A DNA stretch of 64,000 bases from an uncultured Gammaproteobacteria bacterium (GTDB lineage: Bacteria > Patescibacteriota > Microgenomatia > Levybacterales > UBA12049). This document shows positions 28,479 to 38,240 of this stretch, piece after piece. Within the stretch, counting starts at the first letter, position 1. The number at the start of each line of letters is the position of its first letter. The notes below the pieces were generated by a model. That model was given only the letters and a program-made list of their open reading frames with translations. It searched no databases and was not told where the DNA came from. The position numbers and the translations under genes were made by a program. The DNA is taken from contig CAZOHC010000001.1 in the NCBI GenBank assembly GCA_964579845.1, forward strand, positions 27,196 through 91,195, written 5' to 3'.

Positions 28479-30626
28479 TTATACTACAAGTTTCTCGTTC
28501 TCGACTGTCGGGCTGACTGTGTCGCCTGGCTTTATCGTCCCTTCAATAATCCGCATCGCTATTTCATCAACAAGCTGTTCCTCGATAGCACGGCGGAGCG
28601 GTCTTGCCCCGAAGACCGGGTCAAACCCTACTTCAGCAAAGTAGATTGCAACGTCATCGCTTATTTTCAGATCAATATCACTCTCACGGAGTCTTTCACG
28701 GACTTGTTCTAACTGTAGTTTCGCGATCTCGACGAGCTCTTTCGGCGTTAAGGCGTTAAAAATAACGACTGAATCAAGCCTATTGAGAAACTCCGGCTTG
28801 AATGCTGTATGTAACACTTCCCAGACTTTTTTATCCATTTCTTTTTTATCCTTCTCTGCGTATTCTCTGATAATGTCACCGCCGAGATTACTCGTCATGA
28901 TAATAATCGTATTCTTAAAATCAACGACGGTACCTTTGCTGTCAGTCAGCCGTCCGTCATCCAGTATCTGGAGCAGGATATTAAATACTGACGGATGTGC
29001 TTTCTCAATCTCATCAAAGAGAACGACTGAATAGGGTTTGCGCCTGACTGCCTCAGTCAGCTGTCCGCCTTCCTCATACCCGACATAGCCGGGAGGCGCA
29101 CCTATGAGTCGTGCGACTGCATGCTGTTCCATATATTCACTCATGTCGATACGGGTAAGTGCATGTTCATCACTAAAAAGGAGGGAAGCGAGAGCTTTGG
29201 CTGTTTCTGTTTTCCCGACACCGGTCGGTCCCAGAAAAAGAAATGAACCGATCGGGCGATTTTTCGCACTCAGCCCGGACCGTGAACGACGGATAGCGCG
29301 GGAGATAACTTCAGTCGCTTTTTCCTGTCCTACCACACGATTTTTTAGCTCATCCTCCAAGTTCAGGAGTCTCTCAGCTTCGGTTGAGAGAATCCTGGTT
29401 GCAGGAATTCCGGTCCACCGGGAGACAACCTTCGCGACGTCATCATCATCGACTTCTTCCCGTAACACACGATTTTCAGACGGAATCTGTGCCCATTCTT
29501 CCTGATAGGTATGCAGTGTTTTCTCAAGCTCCGGAATTTTTCCGTATTTTATCTCTGCTGCTTTCTGCAGATCAACATCACGCTCAGCTTTTTCCAGCTC
29601 AATCCGCAGTGCATCTATTTTTGCCCTGACATCCTGGATATGCTTAATAATTTCTTTCTGTTCATTCCAACGATTCTCAATCCCTGATGCATGTTCTTTC
29701 AGCTTCTCAAGCTCTTTTTCTACCTGAGTTCGACGGTTTTTAGCGAGATCAGTTTTCTCTTTTTTCAAAGCAGCAAGTTCGATTTCGTGCTGTGTTATTT
29801 TCCGTTTTAGCTGGTCAAGCTCAGCCGGCATACTTTCTGTCTCGATTTTGATTGCTGCTGCTGCCTCATCGATTAAATCAATCGCCTTATCTGGTAGAAA
29901 GCGATGGGGGATATACTGCGCGGATAATTTCGCAGCTGCGATTAAGGCGTTATCCGTGATCCTAATACCATGGTGCACTTCGTATCGTTCTTTAATACCC
30001 CGAAGAATTGAGATCGTGTCTTCGACCGTCGGCTCATCAACCATCACCGGCTGAAAGCGGCGGGCGAGGGCAGGGTCTTTTTCGATATACTTGCGGTACT
30101 CACCAAGGGTCGTTGCACCGATAACTCTCAGTGTCCCGCGGGCGAGAGAAGGCTTTAAGATATTCGCCGCATCAGTTGATCCTTCAGCGCCGCCGCCTCC
30201 GACCAGTGTATGCAGTTCATCGATAAACATGATGTATTTGCCGGCAGCATCTTCAACAGCCTTGATAACACCTTTGAGCCGTTCTTCAAACTCACCTCTG
30301 AATTTCGCGCCCGCCAGAAGCTGGGCAAAGTCCAGAACAATCACCTGTTTATCTCGAAGGGGAGTGGGGACTTCATTTGCGACGATTTTCTGAGCAAGCC
30401 CTTCAACGATAGCTGTTTTTCCGACGCCCGGATCACCGATTAAAATCGGATTATTTTTTGTCCGACGGGAGAGTATCTCCATAACACGACGGATCTCAAC
30501 CTCACGTCCGATCACGGGGTCAATTTTGCCTTGCGTTGCAGTCTCAGTCAGATTAATCGTGAACTTTTTTAACGCTTCTTCAGGGGAGACGGGCTTTAAA
30601 AAATCAGGCATCTGATTATTATCCAT
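28479..30626 (-). CDS. clpB: ClpB-type AAA+ disaggregase lacking the N-terminal domain (two NBDs plus a coiled-coil M-domain)
   Basis: 715 aa; begins directly at NBD1 ([15 protein letters not shown]); long coiled-coil between the NBDs; NBD2 [15 protein letters not shown]; sensor and GARPLRR motifs. Confidence 0.9.
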   Translation of the reverse strand: MDNNQMPDFLKPVSPEEALKKFTINLTETATQGKIDPVIGREVEIRRVMEILSRRTKNNPILIGDPGVGKTAIVEGLAQKIVANEVPTPLRDKQVIVLDFAQLLAGAKFRGEFEERLKGVIKAVEDAAGKYIMFIDELHTLVGGGGAEGSTDAANILKPSLARGTLRVIGATTLGEYRKYIEKDPALARRFQPVMVDEPTVEDTISILRGIKERYEVHHGIRITDNALIAAAKLSAQYIPHRFLPDKAIDLIDEAAAAIKIETESMPAELDQLKRKITQHEIELAALKKEKTDLAKNRRTQVEKELEKLKEHASGIENRWNEQKEIIKHIQDVRAKIDALRIELEKAERDVDLQKAAEIKYGKIPELEKTLHTYQEEWAQIPSENRVLREEVDDDDVAKVVSRWTGIPATRILSTEAERLLNLEDELKNRVVGQEKATEVISRAIRRSRSGLSAKNRPIGSFLFLGPTGVGKTETAKALASLLFSDEHALTRIDMSEYMEQHAVARLIGAPPGYVGYEEGGQLTEAVRRKPYSVVLFDEIEKAHPSVFNILLQILDDGRLTDSKGTVVDFKNTIIIMTSNLGGDIIREYAEKDKKEMDKKVWEVLHTAFKPEFLNRLDSVVIFNALTPKELVEIAKLQLEQVRERLRESDIDLKISDDVAIYFAEVGFDPVFGARPLRRAIEEQLVDEIAMRIIEGTIKPGDTVSPTVENEKLVV

Positions 30627-30646
30627 ATCATTAAGTATATATCGAA

Positions 30647-30673
30647 TTAGCAGTCATGTCAATACTCTGCTAA
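30647..30673 (+). promoter_or_regulatory. CIRCE-like inverted repeat (TTAGCAGTC-N9-CTCTGCTAA) 21-47 nt upstream of the clpB start
   Basis: Perfect 7-bp arms TTAGCAG/CTGCTAA; left half matches the CIRCE consensus TTAGCACTC 8/9, right half 6/9. Confidence 0.3.
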
Positions 30674-30936
30674 CATCTCTTGCCGGAAGCGTACTCGGGG
30701 ACGGGGCATCAAGAAGTTTCAAAAAAGCAGTATGCATATGCCGTCAACGTAGAACGTCTCAATATAGTGATCCCTGTTGGAGATTCGTTCTCAAAAGTTA
30801 TCCACAACGCCTTTCGTGTTTTTTTCTGTGAAAAGTTCTTCGTGAAAAGACTATATCATACTATATCTATATCAAACTATATCACCCTATAGGATATATA
30901 CCACTCCTCTCTTCCCTGTCTTCCTCCATCCGTACG

Positions 30937-30978
30937 AAAAATCCCGCTTGCTGCTTATCTGCATTGCGGGATTTTTCT
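30937..30978. terminator. bidirectional intrinsic terminator (11-bp stem AAAAATCCCGC / GCGGGATTTTT)
   Basis: Perfect 11-bp inverted repeat flanked by an A-run and a T-run, so a T-tract follows the stem on either strand. Confidence 0.5.
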
Positions 30979-31253
30979 GTCTGTAATGATTATTCATCTC
31001 GTAAGTTCTATCGCGAAACGATTCCGCTTCAGAAAGAAATAATCATTACCTGATATTATTTTACCGGTGACGAAATCACCACAAAAAATGATGCTACTAC
31101 TGTCTCAAAATATTGTCTTATTTTCCTCATCTACTCCTCCTTTCTGTAAGAATCGTGATTAATTAAGCTCAATATAAGCTCAATAATAGAGAAACGACAT
31201 AAGAAATAATTGAAAATTTTGTAAGAAATGACTAAGAAGAAGATGTTTGAAGA

Positions 31254-32012
31254 TTACAGTGGTTTACCGGCAAAGATGAGGTTTGTTGCCATGCCTGAAA
31301 CCCCGATTCCCACATGCGTCCAGTCGCTATGCAACTGATTCATATCATGAGGACGGTCACCTGCGTAGACATCCTCGATTAACTTTGTTCCTGACACTTT
31401 ATAGCCGTAACTTGAGTTCTCTCCGATTTTCATAAAACCTAACTTCGTAAATCCATCCTGACTATTGATAAAATCCAAAAAACCTTCATGGCTATCTGTT
31501 TTCTCTTTATCTGCAAAGAGTTGTGCACGGGAGGATGCGTATTCAGAGAGCTTTTCACTCAATTGGAGAGATGTTTTTCCGTTCTTCTGCCGGTACGAAT
31601 TCAGAGCCTGAAAAATCTCATCCGCTGTTCCTGCACGATCATCTTCCGGTACGTCAATCGTCCAGGTATATTCCCCTATCTGGCGAGATCGACTGTATTT
31701 GTCATGATCCTGTGCTTCAGAGGATTGCTGACCTGTCGGTGTCGGTGCGGATGACGGAGTGATTGTTGCTGAGATACGTTCTTCTTCCGGGTAGAAAATA
31801 GGATATTCCCATTCCTCCACTTCGCGGTCCTCAACTGTTGCTCCCAACACGTCTGGCTCCACTGAGATATATGCTTCACCTATCTGAGGAGGTGTCAGAT
31901 AACTATAAAAAACACTAAGAAATACAGCCCAGAGTATAAAGAGGAACCGAAGTCGATAGAACGAATAAGGCTTTTTTGTTCGTCTTACGGATGTTGTAGC
32001 AGAAGTATTCAT
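31254..32012 (-). CDS. secreted/membrane-anchored CAP (SCP/PR-1/YkwD-like) domain protein
   Basis: 252 aa; N-terminal TM/signal, Pro/Thr linker, C-terminal block EIFQALNSYRQKNGKTSLQL...HSDWTHVGIGV consistent with the CAP superfamily. Confidence 0.5.
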   Translation of the reverse strand: MNTSATTSVRRTKKPYSFYRLRFLFILWAVFLSVFYSYLTPPQIGEAYISVEPDVLGATVEDREVEEWEYPIFYPEEERISATITPSSAPTPTGQQSSEAQDHDKYSRSRQIGEYTWTIDVPEDDRAGTADEIFQALNSYRQKNGKTSLQLSEKLSEYASSRAQLFADKEKTDSHEGFLDFINSQDGFTKLGFMKIGENSSYGYKVSGTKLIEDVYAGDRPHDMNQLHSDWTHVGIGVSGMATNLIFAGKPL

Positions 32013-32102
32013 GGACAGTACGTATGTCTTATAAAAGTATCACAGCATTCAGGTCCCTGCAAGTTCATCTTTTCAGTACTTTCCTGTACAATACGACTCA
32101 GA

Positions 32103-32873
32103 ATGATCTCTGTGTATAAACCCCTTGGACTCACACCGCTTGAAACTATTCAACGGATTAAAGAGCAGGTGCCCTCGCTTCAGAAACAGAAAGTAAGCTA
32201 CGCAGGCAGACTCGATCCGATGGCTGAAGGGTTGCTCCTGCTATTAGTCGGTGATGAAAATAAAAAAAGAAAAGACTACGAAAATCTACCGAAAATCTAT
32301 GAGTTTGAAGTGCTTTTCGGAATCGAGACAGATACCTATGATCTGCTAGGACGCATTACGCAAACAAGCAATCAGCAACTTGTACTCAGTCGTCATGAGA
32401 TTAACTCCTTCCTGCCAAATTTCCTCGGGACATATAAGCAACCATACCCCCCTTATTCGTCAAAGCCAGTTCAGGGAAAACCTCTCTATCGGTGGGCTCG
32501 TGAAGGTAAACTTGGAGAAATACAAATTCCCGAACGGGAAATTACGATCACTTCCCTCTCACTGCTCAGTGAGGCCTCCCTTTCCCCTGCTACGCTCGCA
32601 GATGCTGTTAAGCAACGTATTACAAACGTAACAGGTGACTTTCGACAAGAAAAAATACTCGCTACCTGGGATGACTATCTCACTAATACTTCCCTTCTTT
32701 CCTTCCCGCTCTTTACTTTTTCAATTGCCTGTTCAAGCGGTACATATGTCCGCTCCCTAGCATATAGACTCGGGAGAGTAACAGTGACCGGCGCCCTCGC
32801 CTTCTCGATCAAACGAACAGGTGTGGGTACGTTTACTCTTGACGATGCGCTGTACCTTGAACCTCAGGAGTAA
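32103..32873 (+). CDS. truB: tRNA pseudouridine(55) synthase
   Basis: GRLDPMAEGLLLLLVG catalytic Asp motif; 256 aa. Confidence 0.9.
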   Translation: MISVYKPLGLTPLETIQRIKEQVPSLQKQKVSYAGRLDPMAEGLLLLLVGDENKKRKDYENLPKIYEFEVLFGIETDTYDLLGRITQTSNQQLVLSRHEINSFLPNFLGTYKQPYPPYSSKPVQGKPLYRWAREGKLGEIQIPEREITITSLSLLSEASLSPATLADAVKQRITNVTGDFRQEKILATWDDYLTNTSLLSFPLFTFSIACSSGTYVRSLAYRLGRVTVTGALAFSIKRTGVGTFTLDDALYLEPQE

Positions 32874-32917
32874 AATTGTTATACTTCGCCCACTCTCAGT
32901 GAGAGAGGAACATTTCA

Positions 32918-33193
32918 GTGTACGGAATAAAAAAGGAGAACGAAATGCCTAGAGAGAATAGACAGGAATCTGATTTCTGTGATCAGGTACTCTCCATTCT
33001 CAGGTCAGATCCTGAGGCCCAAAACGTCTACGCCTGGATTAAAGAGTGTGTCCCGGCTGAGAATCACTGTGGGTTCCTGAACGCAACTTTCAGCTATCTC
33101 AAGAGTGGAACGCTCGCAGAGCACATTCTACGCCGGAATTTCAGACAGATCGAGGCAGCATTCGAAGCATACGATTCAAGTGTGTTTATCTAA
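32918..33193 (+). CDS. hypothetical protein
   Basis: 91-aa ORF; no recognisable motif. Confidence 0.3.
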   Translation: MYGIKKENEMPRENRQESDFCDQVLSILRSDPEAQNVYAWIKECVPAENHCGFLNATFSYLKSGTLAEHILRRNFRQIEAAFEAYDSSVFI

Positions 33194-33208
33194 CAAGGAG
33201 GCATGGTA

Positions 33209-33583
33209 TGGAACGAAACATGTTCGAGAGAGCAGACGGATATGATCCGGAGCTCCATGAGCTCCGGGTACCTATCATCGTACTCATGAAGCCCACCTCA
33301 AGCATCCTATCGATCGATGGATTCGTCGCCACCTGAATATCGACACCGGATACTGCAGGAGAAACGGTTGACCTCACTATTAACGTCCAACTGCCTGACA
33401 GTATCTTTTTCGACGCTTGGTCATTCAGACCACCGATGCCACCGACCACATGGGAATACGAAGGACCGATACCATACAGGCATGGTGGAAACTATAACGC
33501 TCCTTTTCATCAGACCCTCCTGGGGGTCTACGCACAATCAGGGACACCGCTTATGTACACGCTTCACCTTTGGGAGCGGTAAT
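33209..33583 (+). CDS. small ORF with a perfect SD (AAGGAGG-6-ATG) interrupted by an in-frame TGA at 33335-33337; the frame stays open another 81 codons to TAA at 33581
   Basis: MERNMFERADGYDPELHELRVPIIVLMKPTSSILSIDGFVAT-TGA-ISTPDTAGETVDLTINVQLPDSIFFDAWSFRPPMPPTTWEYEGPIPYRHGGNYNAPFHQTLLGVYAQSGTPLMYTLHLWER; no homolog recognised; contains a perfect 9-bp-arm palindrome at 33248-33268. Confidence 0.3.
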
Positions 33584-33672
33584 ACCCTTTTCCGTACCCG
33601 CTTACAAGCACCCTAAGGTGCTGAAAGGAGGGATTTTTTTCTTCGCTCAAGACGCGAGCAGGAACGAAAAAA

Positions 33673-33710
33673 CCCGGTCTTTCAGGTCACACCGACCGGT
33701 GCTTTTTTCG
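33673..33710. terminator. bidirectional intrinsic terminator (CCGGTC...GACCGG hairpin between an A6 and a T6 run)
   Basis: aaaaaacccggtctttcaggtcacaccgaccggtgctttttt; lies between the + strand small ORF and the - strand membrane-protein gene. Confidence 0.5.
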
Positions 33711-33727
33711 TATACAGGAGAGATTTA

Positions 33728-34039
33728 TCAGCGGAACATCGAGAAGACCAAACCGACGATCAGCGCGATGATAATCAGACTCGGCAGTCCGGCGAGCGCG
33801 ATAATTCCAAGCGTTGCGAGAATCCATAACACTAATGCCACCCCGGCAATCTGCCTGAGTGGACTCGGAAGCACGCCGATTGCCCAGATGACCACAAAGA
33901 GGATAAGTATGTCCCACAGAGATATTTCTTGTCCGTTGAGTGTAAAGAGGACGATATCCGGGAGATTAATACTCCCGACATTTACGTAGCCGAGGAACCA
34001 AAGTGCCAATAAGATGAGGATAAGTACTGCTACCATCAA
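33728..34039 (-). CDS. small membrane protein (lmo0937-like repeats)
   Basis: 103 aa, three or four TM helices; LILLALWFLGYVNVG resembles the lmo0937-family core. Confidence 0.4.
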   Translation of the reverse strand: MMVAVLILILLALWFLGYVNVGSINLPDIVLFTLNGQEISLWDILILFVVIWAIGVLPSPLRQIAGVALVLWILATLGIIALAGLPSLIIIALIVGLVFSMFR

Positions 34040-34299
34040 CCTTTGTTGCTTTTACTGCTTCCCATTATATTGCTGACTTTCTTCATTGCACCTGTTGCAA
34101 CCGCTGAAACACTACTGGCAACAGTTTCGGCATTTGCGGTAATTCTTCCGACCGCATCAATCTGCTCGCTGATTTTGGCACTCAGCTCCCCGATTTTCGC
34201 CTTAATATAAAACAGGAGAATTACAATCACGACCAGAATGAGTATCATCATACTCATAAAAATAATATTCGTGAGGTAAAAAATATCTTGCAAGCTCAT
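34036..34299 (-). CDS. DUF948-like membrane protein
   Basis: N-terminal TM followed by an amphipathic helix (KIGELSAKISEQIDAVGRITANAETVASSV); start at MSLQDIFYL. The track ORF extends to 34380. Confidence 0.5.
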   Translation of the reverse strand: MSLQDIFYLTNIIFMSMMILILVVIVILLFYIKAKIGELSAKISEQIDAVGRITANAETVASSVSAVATGAMKKVSNIMGSSKSNKG

Positions 34300-34424
34300 C
34301 TGAATCGTCCTCTCCTTATCATGACCGAACACAGCTGTCCTGTCAATGGTTTCATAAAAACCAGCGTAATTGAGATACACTAACGATGAGTCAAAGGAGG
34401 GTAAGGATTTCGTAAGAAGACTGC

Positions 34425-35063
34425 TTAGTAGCCGAGTACTTCTTTGACAAAGATGAGGTGAATTCTCTCCGGATTCGGCTCTTTGTTCATAATCAGAACC
34501 TTACTGACGTTACTACCCGGAACACCGTACGCTTCTCTCGCCCGCTCTGATTCAAGTGGGAGAACATATTCGTCAATTCGCTTCATGCCTTCATCAACAT
34601 TTCGAACGATTTTGTGTGCTCCGACCACCCAGATCACCTGCTCCGCACCGTAGGCATAAGCAGGCAACTGGCTACCTGAGTTTGAGGCAATGAGTACCTT
34701 ACCGTCCTCAGTCACCGCATGCACACTGCCGACAGCATAATCAGGTGCTGCACCCATCTGCCGCATTACTTTTCCGTCTGTTTCTCTTGATAACGTCTGC
34801 AGGGTATTCTTCACGGCCTTGTACTTCCCTGAATTGAGAATGAGGTCCTGAATCCCGGTCTCAGCAAGCGTCACCGAGGTCATATCCATGACTTCCGCGT
34901 CTTCAGGAAGCATCGAGGCTATTTTCTCTTTCGCTTCTTCTTTTGTCTCAGCGACAAGCGCGTTGATACCGTTTTTTTGTAAATGCTGAATCGTCTTTTT
35001 CAGAACTTCGTCCGTTGGTAATGTTTTCCAGTTATTCATGACAATATCTATACTATCAATCAT
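34425..35063 (-). CDS. LUD-domain protein (LutC/YkgG-like)
   Basis: 212 aa; TSVTLAETG...VGSVHAVTEDGKVLIASNSG...VVGAHKIV pattern of the LUD family. Confidence 0.6.
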   Translation of the reverse strand: MIDSIDIVMNNWKTLPTDEVLKKTIQHLQKNGINALVAETKEEAKEKIASMLPEDAEVMDMTSVTLAETGIQDLILNSGKYKAVKNTLQTLSRETDGKVMRQMGAAPDYAVGSVHAVTEDGKVLIASNSGSQLPAYAYGAEQVIWVVGAHKIVRNVDEGMKRIDEYVLPLESERAREAYGVPGSNVSKVLIMNKEPNPERIHLIFVKEVLGY

Positions 35064-35129
35064 ACTTCATTTTGTAAAGTACTTACAAAAAGGGAAGTAT
35101 GCGATTTGGTTTAATGGTATAATATCCCT

Positions 35130-35438
35130 ATGATAAATCACGATAAAATCTGTGTCTCAAACACGATTAAGATCATCGGCAGTAAATGGACAATTTTGAT
35201 TCTTCGCGAGCTGTGTGAAGGGACAAAGCGCTTCGGTGAGCTGGAGCGTTCTCTTGAGGGTATCAGTCCGAAAACTCTTTCGCTTCGACTAAAAGAACTT
35301 GAACGACAGAAAATCGTTGCGAAGAAAATGTATAAAGAAGTCCCGCTTCATGTTGAGTATTCACTCACTCCCCGCGGACAGTCACTGCGTAACATTATTG
35401 AAAAAATGCGTGAATGGGGCGAGACCGCAACTATTTAA
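35130..35438 (+). CDS. HxlR-family winged-helix transcriptional regulator
   Basis: ISNTIKIIGSKWTILILRELCEGTKRFGELERSLEGISPKTLSLRLKELE...VEYSLTPRGQSL. Confidence 0.8.
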   Translation: MINHDKICVSNTIKIIGSKWTILILRELCEGTKRFGELERSLEGISPKTLSLRLKELERQKIVAKKMYKEVPLHVEYSLTPRGQSLRNIIEKMREWGETATI

Positions 35439-35445
35439 ACAATCA

Positions 35446-35763
35446 CTACCGTTTAAACGAATACAAAACTTCAAAAATCTCCGGTTCTGATTTTCCCCGC
35501 TTCATAAAGTAATGGACAATCTCGATTGCTTGCCTCCTGGTCTCCTGGAGTTGTTGTGTTCGAGAGTACGCAGTCCCATCCTCGTTTGTTTTATGCTCAA
35601 ACCCTTGAATAGGCTTCGTAATGTGTTGGTGAATCCAGAACATAAACTTCTTCGGAATTGAGAATTGGTCAATAATAAAATCACGTTTTATCATAAGATA
35701 ACGAATAACACGGCTACAATAGCATTTCTTTTCGGAGAAAGAGAAAAATACTACTCTTGGCAT
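35446..35763 (-). CDS. hypothetical protein
   Basis: 105-aa ORF; no motif recognised. Confidence 0.3.
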   Translation of the reverse strand: MPRVVFFSFSEKKCYCSRVIRYLMIKRDFIIDQFSIPKKFMFWIHQHITKPIQGFEHKTNEDGTAYSRTQQLQETRRQAIEIVHYFMKRGKSEPEIFEVLYSFKR

Positions 35764-35835
35764 AGCACTATAGTATCTTCTTATATTAAGAAGGTGATAA
35801 AAGAAACGTAACGTTTCTGAAAGAAGAAAGGCAGA

Positions 35836-36540
35836 TCAGCGTTCGATTTTTCCTGTGTGTTTTTCTAAAATCCCGAGGAATGTATGTGGTACCGATGCCT
35901 CACGAAATGTAAATGCAAGCCAGTGATAGTGACCATGAGACCATGCGGAAGCAAACCGCGCGTGTGAAAGCGAATGGAGTCGGCCGTCCCACGGATCGAT
36001 AAACGTAACATGCAGATCATCCATACCGTTCACGACAATTACATGGGAGTGTTCAGTTACACTTGCCTCGTTATAGAGCATATTCCGATCCGCCATATGC
36101 ACGATCACCGGTCGAGAAGCGCGAAGTTCACGCTTCAGGAGCTGTTTCCAGCTGTCTTGATCAACGTGTGAATACTCAAGGAAATACGTTTGTGAAGTCA
36201 GAAAAGGTGTCACATGTCGGAGTGCCTCAGGAGAGACACCTCGGGAATGATCAGGAGCAAAAATCCGTACCAGCTGTCTGACAGACGGATAGCTTATAGC
36301 ATGCTGTTCTGTCGGAATTTTGCCCTGCTGAGAAAGCACTTGTAGAGCGATTGCAAGCGAAGCTGGCATACAGTTGTGCATTCCGGTATCTCCACTCGCA
36401 TCAGCAGGAAGAAATCGCTGAGCGATAGTCGGAGCTGGAAGGAAGAGATTCTCAGCCCGCACAGTTGTTGCGCTGCCAAAAAATACCCACAACAGAAGTG
36501 TACAGACGATAACCTTATTCCGAACATTTTGCTTTTTCAT
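35836..36540 (-). CDS. secreted C39-like cysteine peptidase (Peptidase_C39_2/BtrH-like)
   Basis: Signal peptide; Cys motif HNCMPASLAIAL; His HSHVIVVNG; Asp FIDPWDG. Confidence 0.5.
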   Translation of the reverse strand: MKKQNVRNKVIVCTLLLWVFFGSATTVRAENLFLPAPTIAQRFLPADASGDTGMHNCMPASLAIALQVLSQQGKIPTEQHAISYPSVRQLVRIFAPDHSRGVSPEALRHVTPFLTSQTYFLEYSHVDQDSWKQLLKRELRASRPVIVHMADRNMLYNEASVTEHSHVIVVNGMDDLHVTFIDPWDGRLHSLSHARFASAWSHGHYHWLAFTFREASVPHTFLGILEKHTGKIER

Positions 36541-36605
36541 ACGCTATGGACAGGTGCTGCGTATTCTACACTACACCAGTGACCGCTGCAATCCTATGGG
36601 ACTGA

Positions 36606-37343
36606 TTGCTCTTCGCTTCAGGTTACCATACAATAGAATCAATGAAGAAAAAACACCTCAAACCCCACCCACTCATACCCGTGCTGACAGCAGAAATCAT
36701 ACTCGGCATTGTCCTGGCTGCCGGCTCTTTTTTACTTTTTGCCGATCTGTCACGACACGTGATCTCCGAGGAAATCCTTCTTCTTGATACGAGCCTCTCT
36801 GAAACTGTTTATTCGCTCAGAAGTCCGTTACTCACCCAGACATTCCTCTTCATTACCTTTCTCGGTGGAAGTACCTGGCTTCTGTTCGCCTCATTAGTCA
36901 TGTTCCTTTTTCTGATCCTGAAGAAGAAAACACATGCAGCTCTCCTGTTTCTGTTTACCTTTTCCCTGGGAGTCGCATTAAATTTGTTTATCAAATACAT
37001 TGTTGCCAGAGCACGACCTGATATTGAACCGATGATTGATGAGATTTTCTATAGCTATCCGTCAGGACATAGCATGAATGCTTTCGTGTTCTATGCACTG
37101 CTTGCGTACCTAACTTATCACGTCGGAAGAAATAGCATGGTCAGTGCCCTCGTAACGTTTCTCTGCGGTATATTAATTCTGGCAATCGGATTCAGTAGAA
37201 TCTACCTGGGTGTTCATTACCCGAGTGATGTTATTGCAGGATTTCTGGCAGGATGCGCATGGTTTCTCACGGTCTTAGTTAGTCACAAGACAATTCAGGC
37301 ATACAGGAGCTACCAACGTGCACCGCGGAAGAAAAAAATCTAG
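36606..37343 (+). CDS. PAP2-family phosphatase (undecaprenyl-diphosphatase/PgpB-like)
   Basis: KYIVARARP, YPSGHS, SRIYLGVHYPSDV; 6 TM. Confidence 0.8.
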   Translation: MLFASGYHTIESMKKKHLKPHPLIPVLTAEIILGIVLAAGSFLLFADLSRHVISEEILLLDTSLSETVYSLRSPLLTQTFLFITFLGGSTWLLFASLVMFLFLILKKKTHAALLFLFTFSLGVALNLFIKYIVARARPDIEPMIDEIFYSYPSGHSMNAFVFYALLAYLTYHVGRNSMVSALVTFLCGILILAIGFSRIYLGVHYPSDVIAGFLAGCAWFLTVLVSHKTIQAYRSYQRAPRKKKI

Positions 37344-37642
37344 CTACGTTTTCGAGCTGACTTCGTATGTATTTTTCGTGACATCCGTACCGAACGGTGA
37401 ATACCGACAGCAAGGATGAGGATACCGATGATAATTGAGACAATACCGATTCCTTGGAGCACGCTGTCTCTGCTCAGATGAATAAGCGTCATACCGACAA
37501 CGATTACAGCAAGTGTTGTCCTGACATACGAAAGGAGTGTTCGCTCATTCGCTAATATCGTTCGGTCAAGCGCAAGGTGGTCTCGCAAAATCAGCTCTTC
37601 TTCACGGAAATTTTCATACGGCCGTTTCTTCATTACGTTCAT
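37340..37642 (-). CDS. DUF202 (YidH-like) membrane protein
   Basis: RDHLALDRTILANERTLLSYVRT followed by two TM helices. Confidence 0.65.
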   Translation of the reverse strand: MNVMKKRPYENFREEELILRDHLALDRTILANERTLLSYVRTTLAVIVVGMTLIHLSRDSVLQGIGIVSIIIGILILAVGIHRSVRMSRKIHTKSARKRS

Positions 37643-37693
37643 TATACCAAACCCTGCTCAGGCAGAGCTTGTATACCATGGTACAATACCTCT

Positions 37694-38239
37694 ATGAATG
37701 AAACTGCTACATTCGCGTCAGGCTGTTTTTGGTGTACCGAGGCGATATTCCTCCGTCTTAACGGTGTGTCATCTGTCATTTCAGGATATACGGGCGGAAA
37801 AACTGTCGATCCGACATATGAACAGGTCTCAACCGGAATGACCGGACACGCTGAGGCAATACAGATCTCTTTTAATCCGTCGATTATTTCCTACCAAAAG
37901 CTGCTTGAGATATTTTTTGAGACACACGACCCGACATCCAAAGACCGACAAGGTGCTGATCACGGAACACAGTACCGTTCTGTCATTTTCTACCACTCAG
38001 AAGAACAAAAGCACCAGGCTGAAGACATGATTTCCACCCTGACAAAAACAAAACGATACCAAGAACCGATCGTGACCGAAGTTCTCCCCGCTCTTCCGTT
38101 CTATCAAGCTGAGGAGTATCATCAGGATTTTTATGCGAAAAACCGCGAGTATCCGTACTGCACCGTCGTTATCAATCCGAAATTGACAAAACTACTCAGT
38201 ACCTTTACGAAAGAAGTGAAAGAGGAATATCGCAGCTGA
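37694..38239 (+). CDS. msrA: peptide-methionine (S)-S-oxide reductase
   Basis: ATFASGCFWCTEAIF active site; start at internal ATG 37694. Confidence 0.9.
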   Translation: MNETATFASGCFWCTEAIFLRLNGVSSVISGYTGGKTVDPTYEQVSTGMTGHAEAIQISFNPSIISYQKLLEIFFETHDPTSKDRQGADHGTQYRSVIFYHSEEQKHQAEDMISTLTKTKRYQEPIVTEVLPALPFYQAEEYHQDFYAKNREYPYCTVVINPKLTKLLSTFTKEVKEEYRS

Positions 38240-38240
38240 C

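Noticed and set aside
30647-30673. Calling the clpB-leader inverted repeat a bona fide CIRCE/HrcA operator
   Set aside because: The right half-site deviates (CTCTGCTAA versus GAGTGCTAA) and no hrcA gene is in the window, so it is kept only as a low-confidence regulatory candidate.
33194-33727. RNase P RNA, tmRNA or SRP RNA in the 530-nt gap
   Set aside because: None of the universally conserved blocks was found (GGAAAGUCCGG / ACAGAAxxCGGCUUA for RNase P; tRNA-like GGTTCGA...CCA end or a tag-peptide reading frame for tmRNA). The region is better explained by an SD-led ORF plus terminator.
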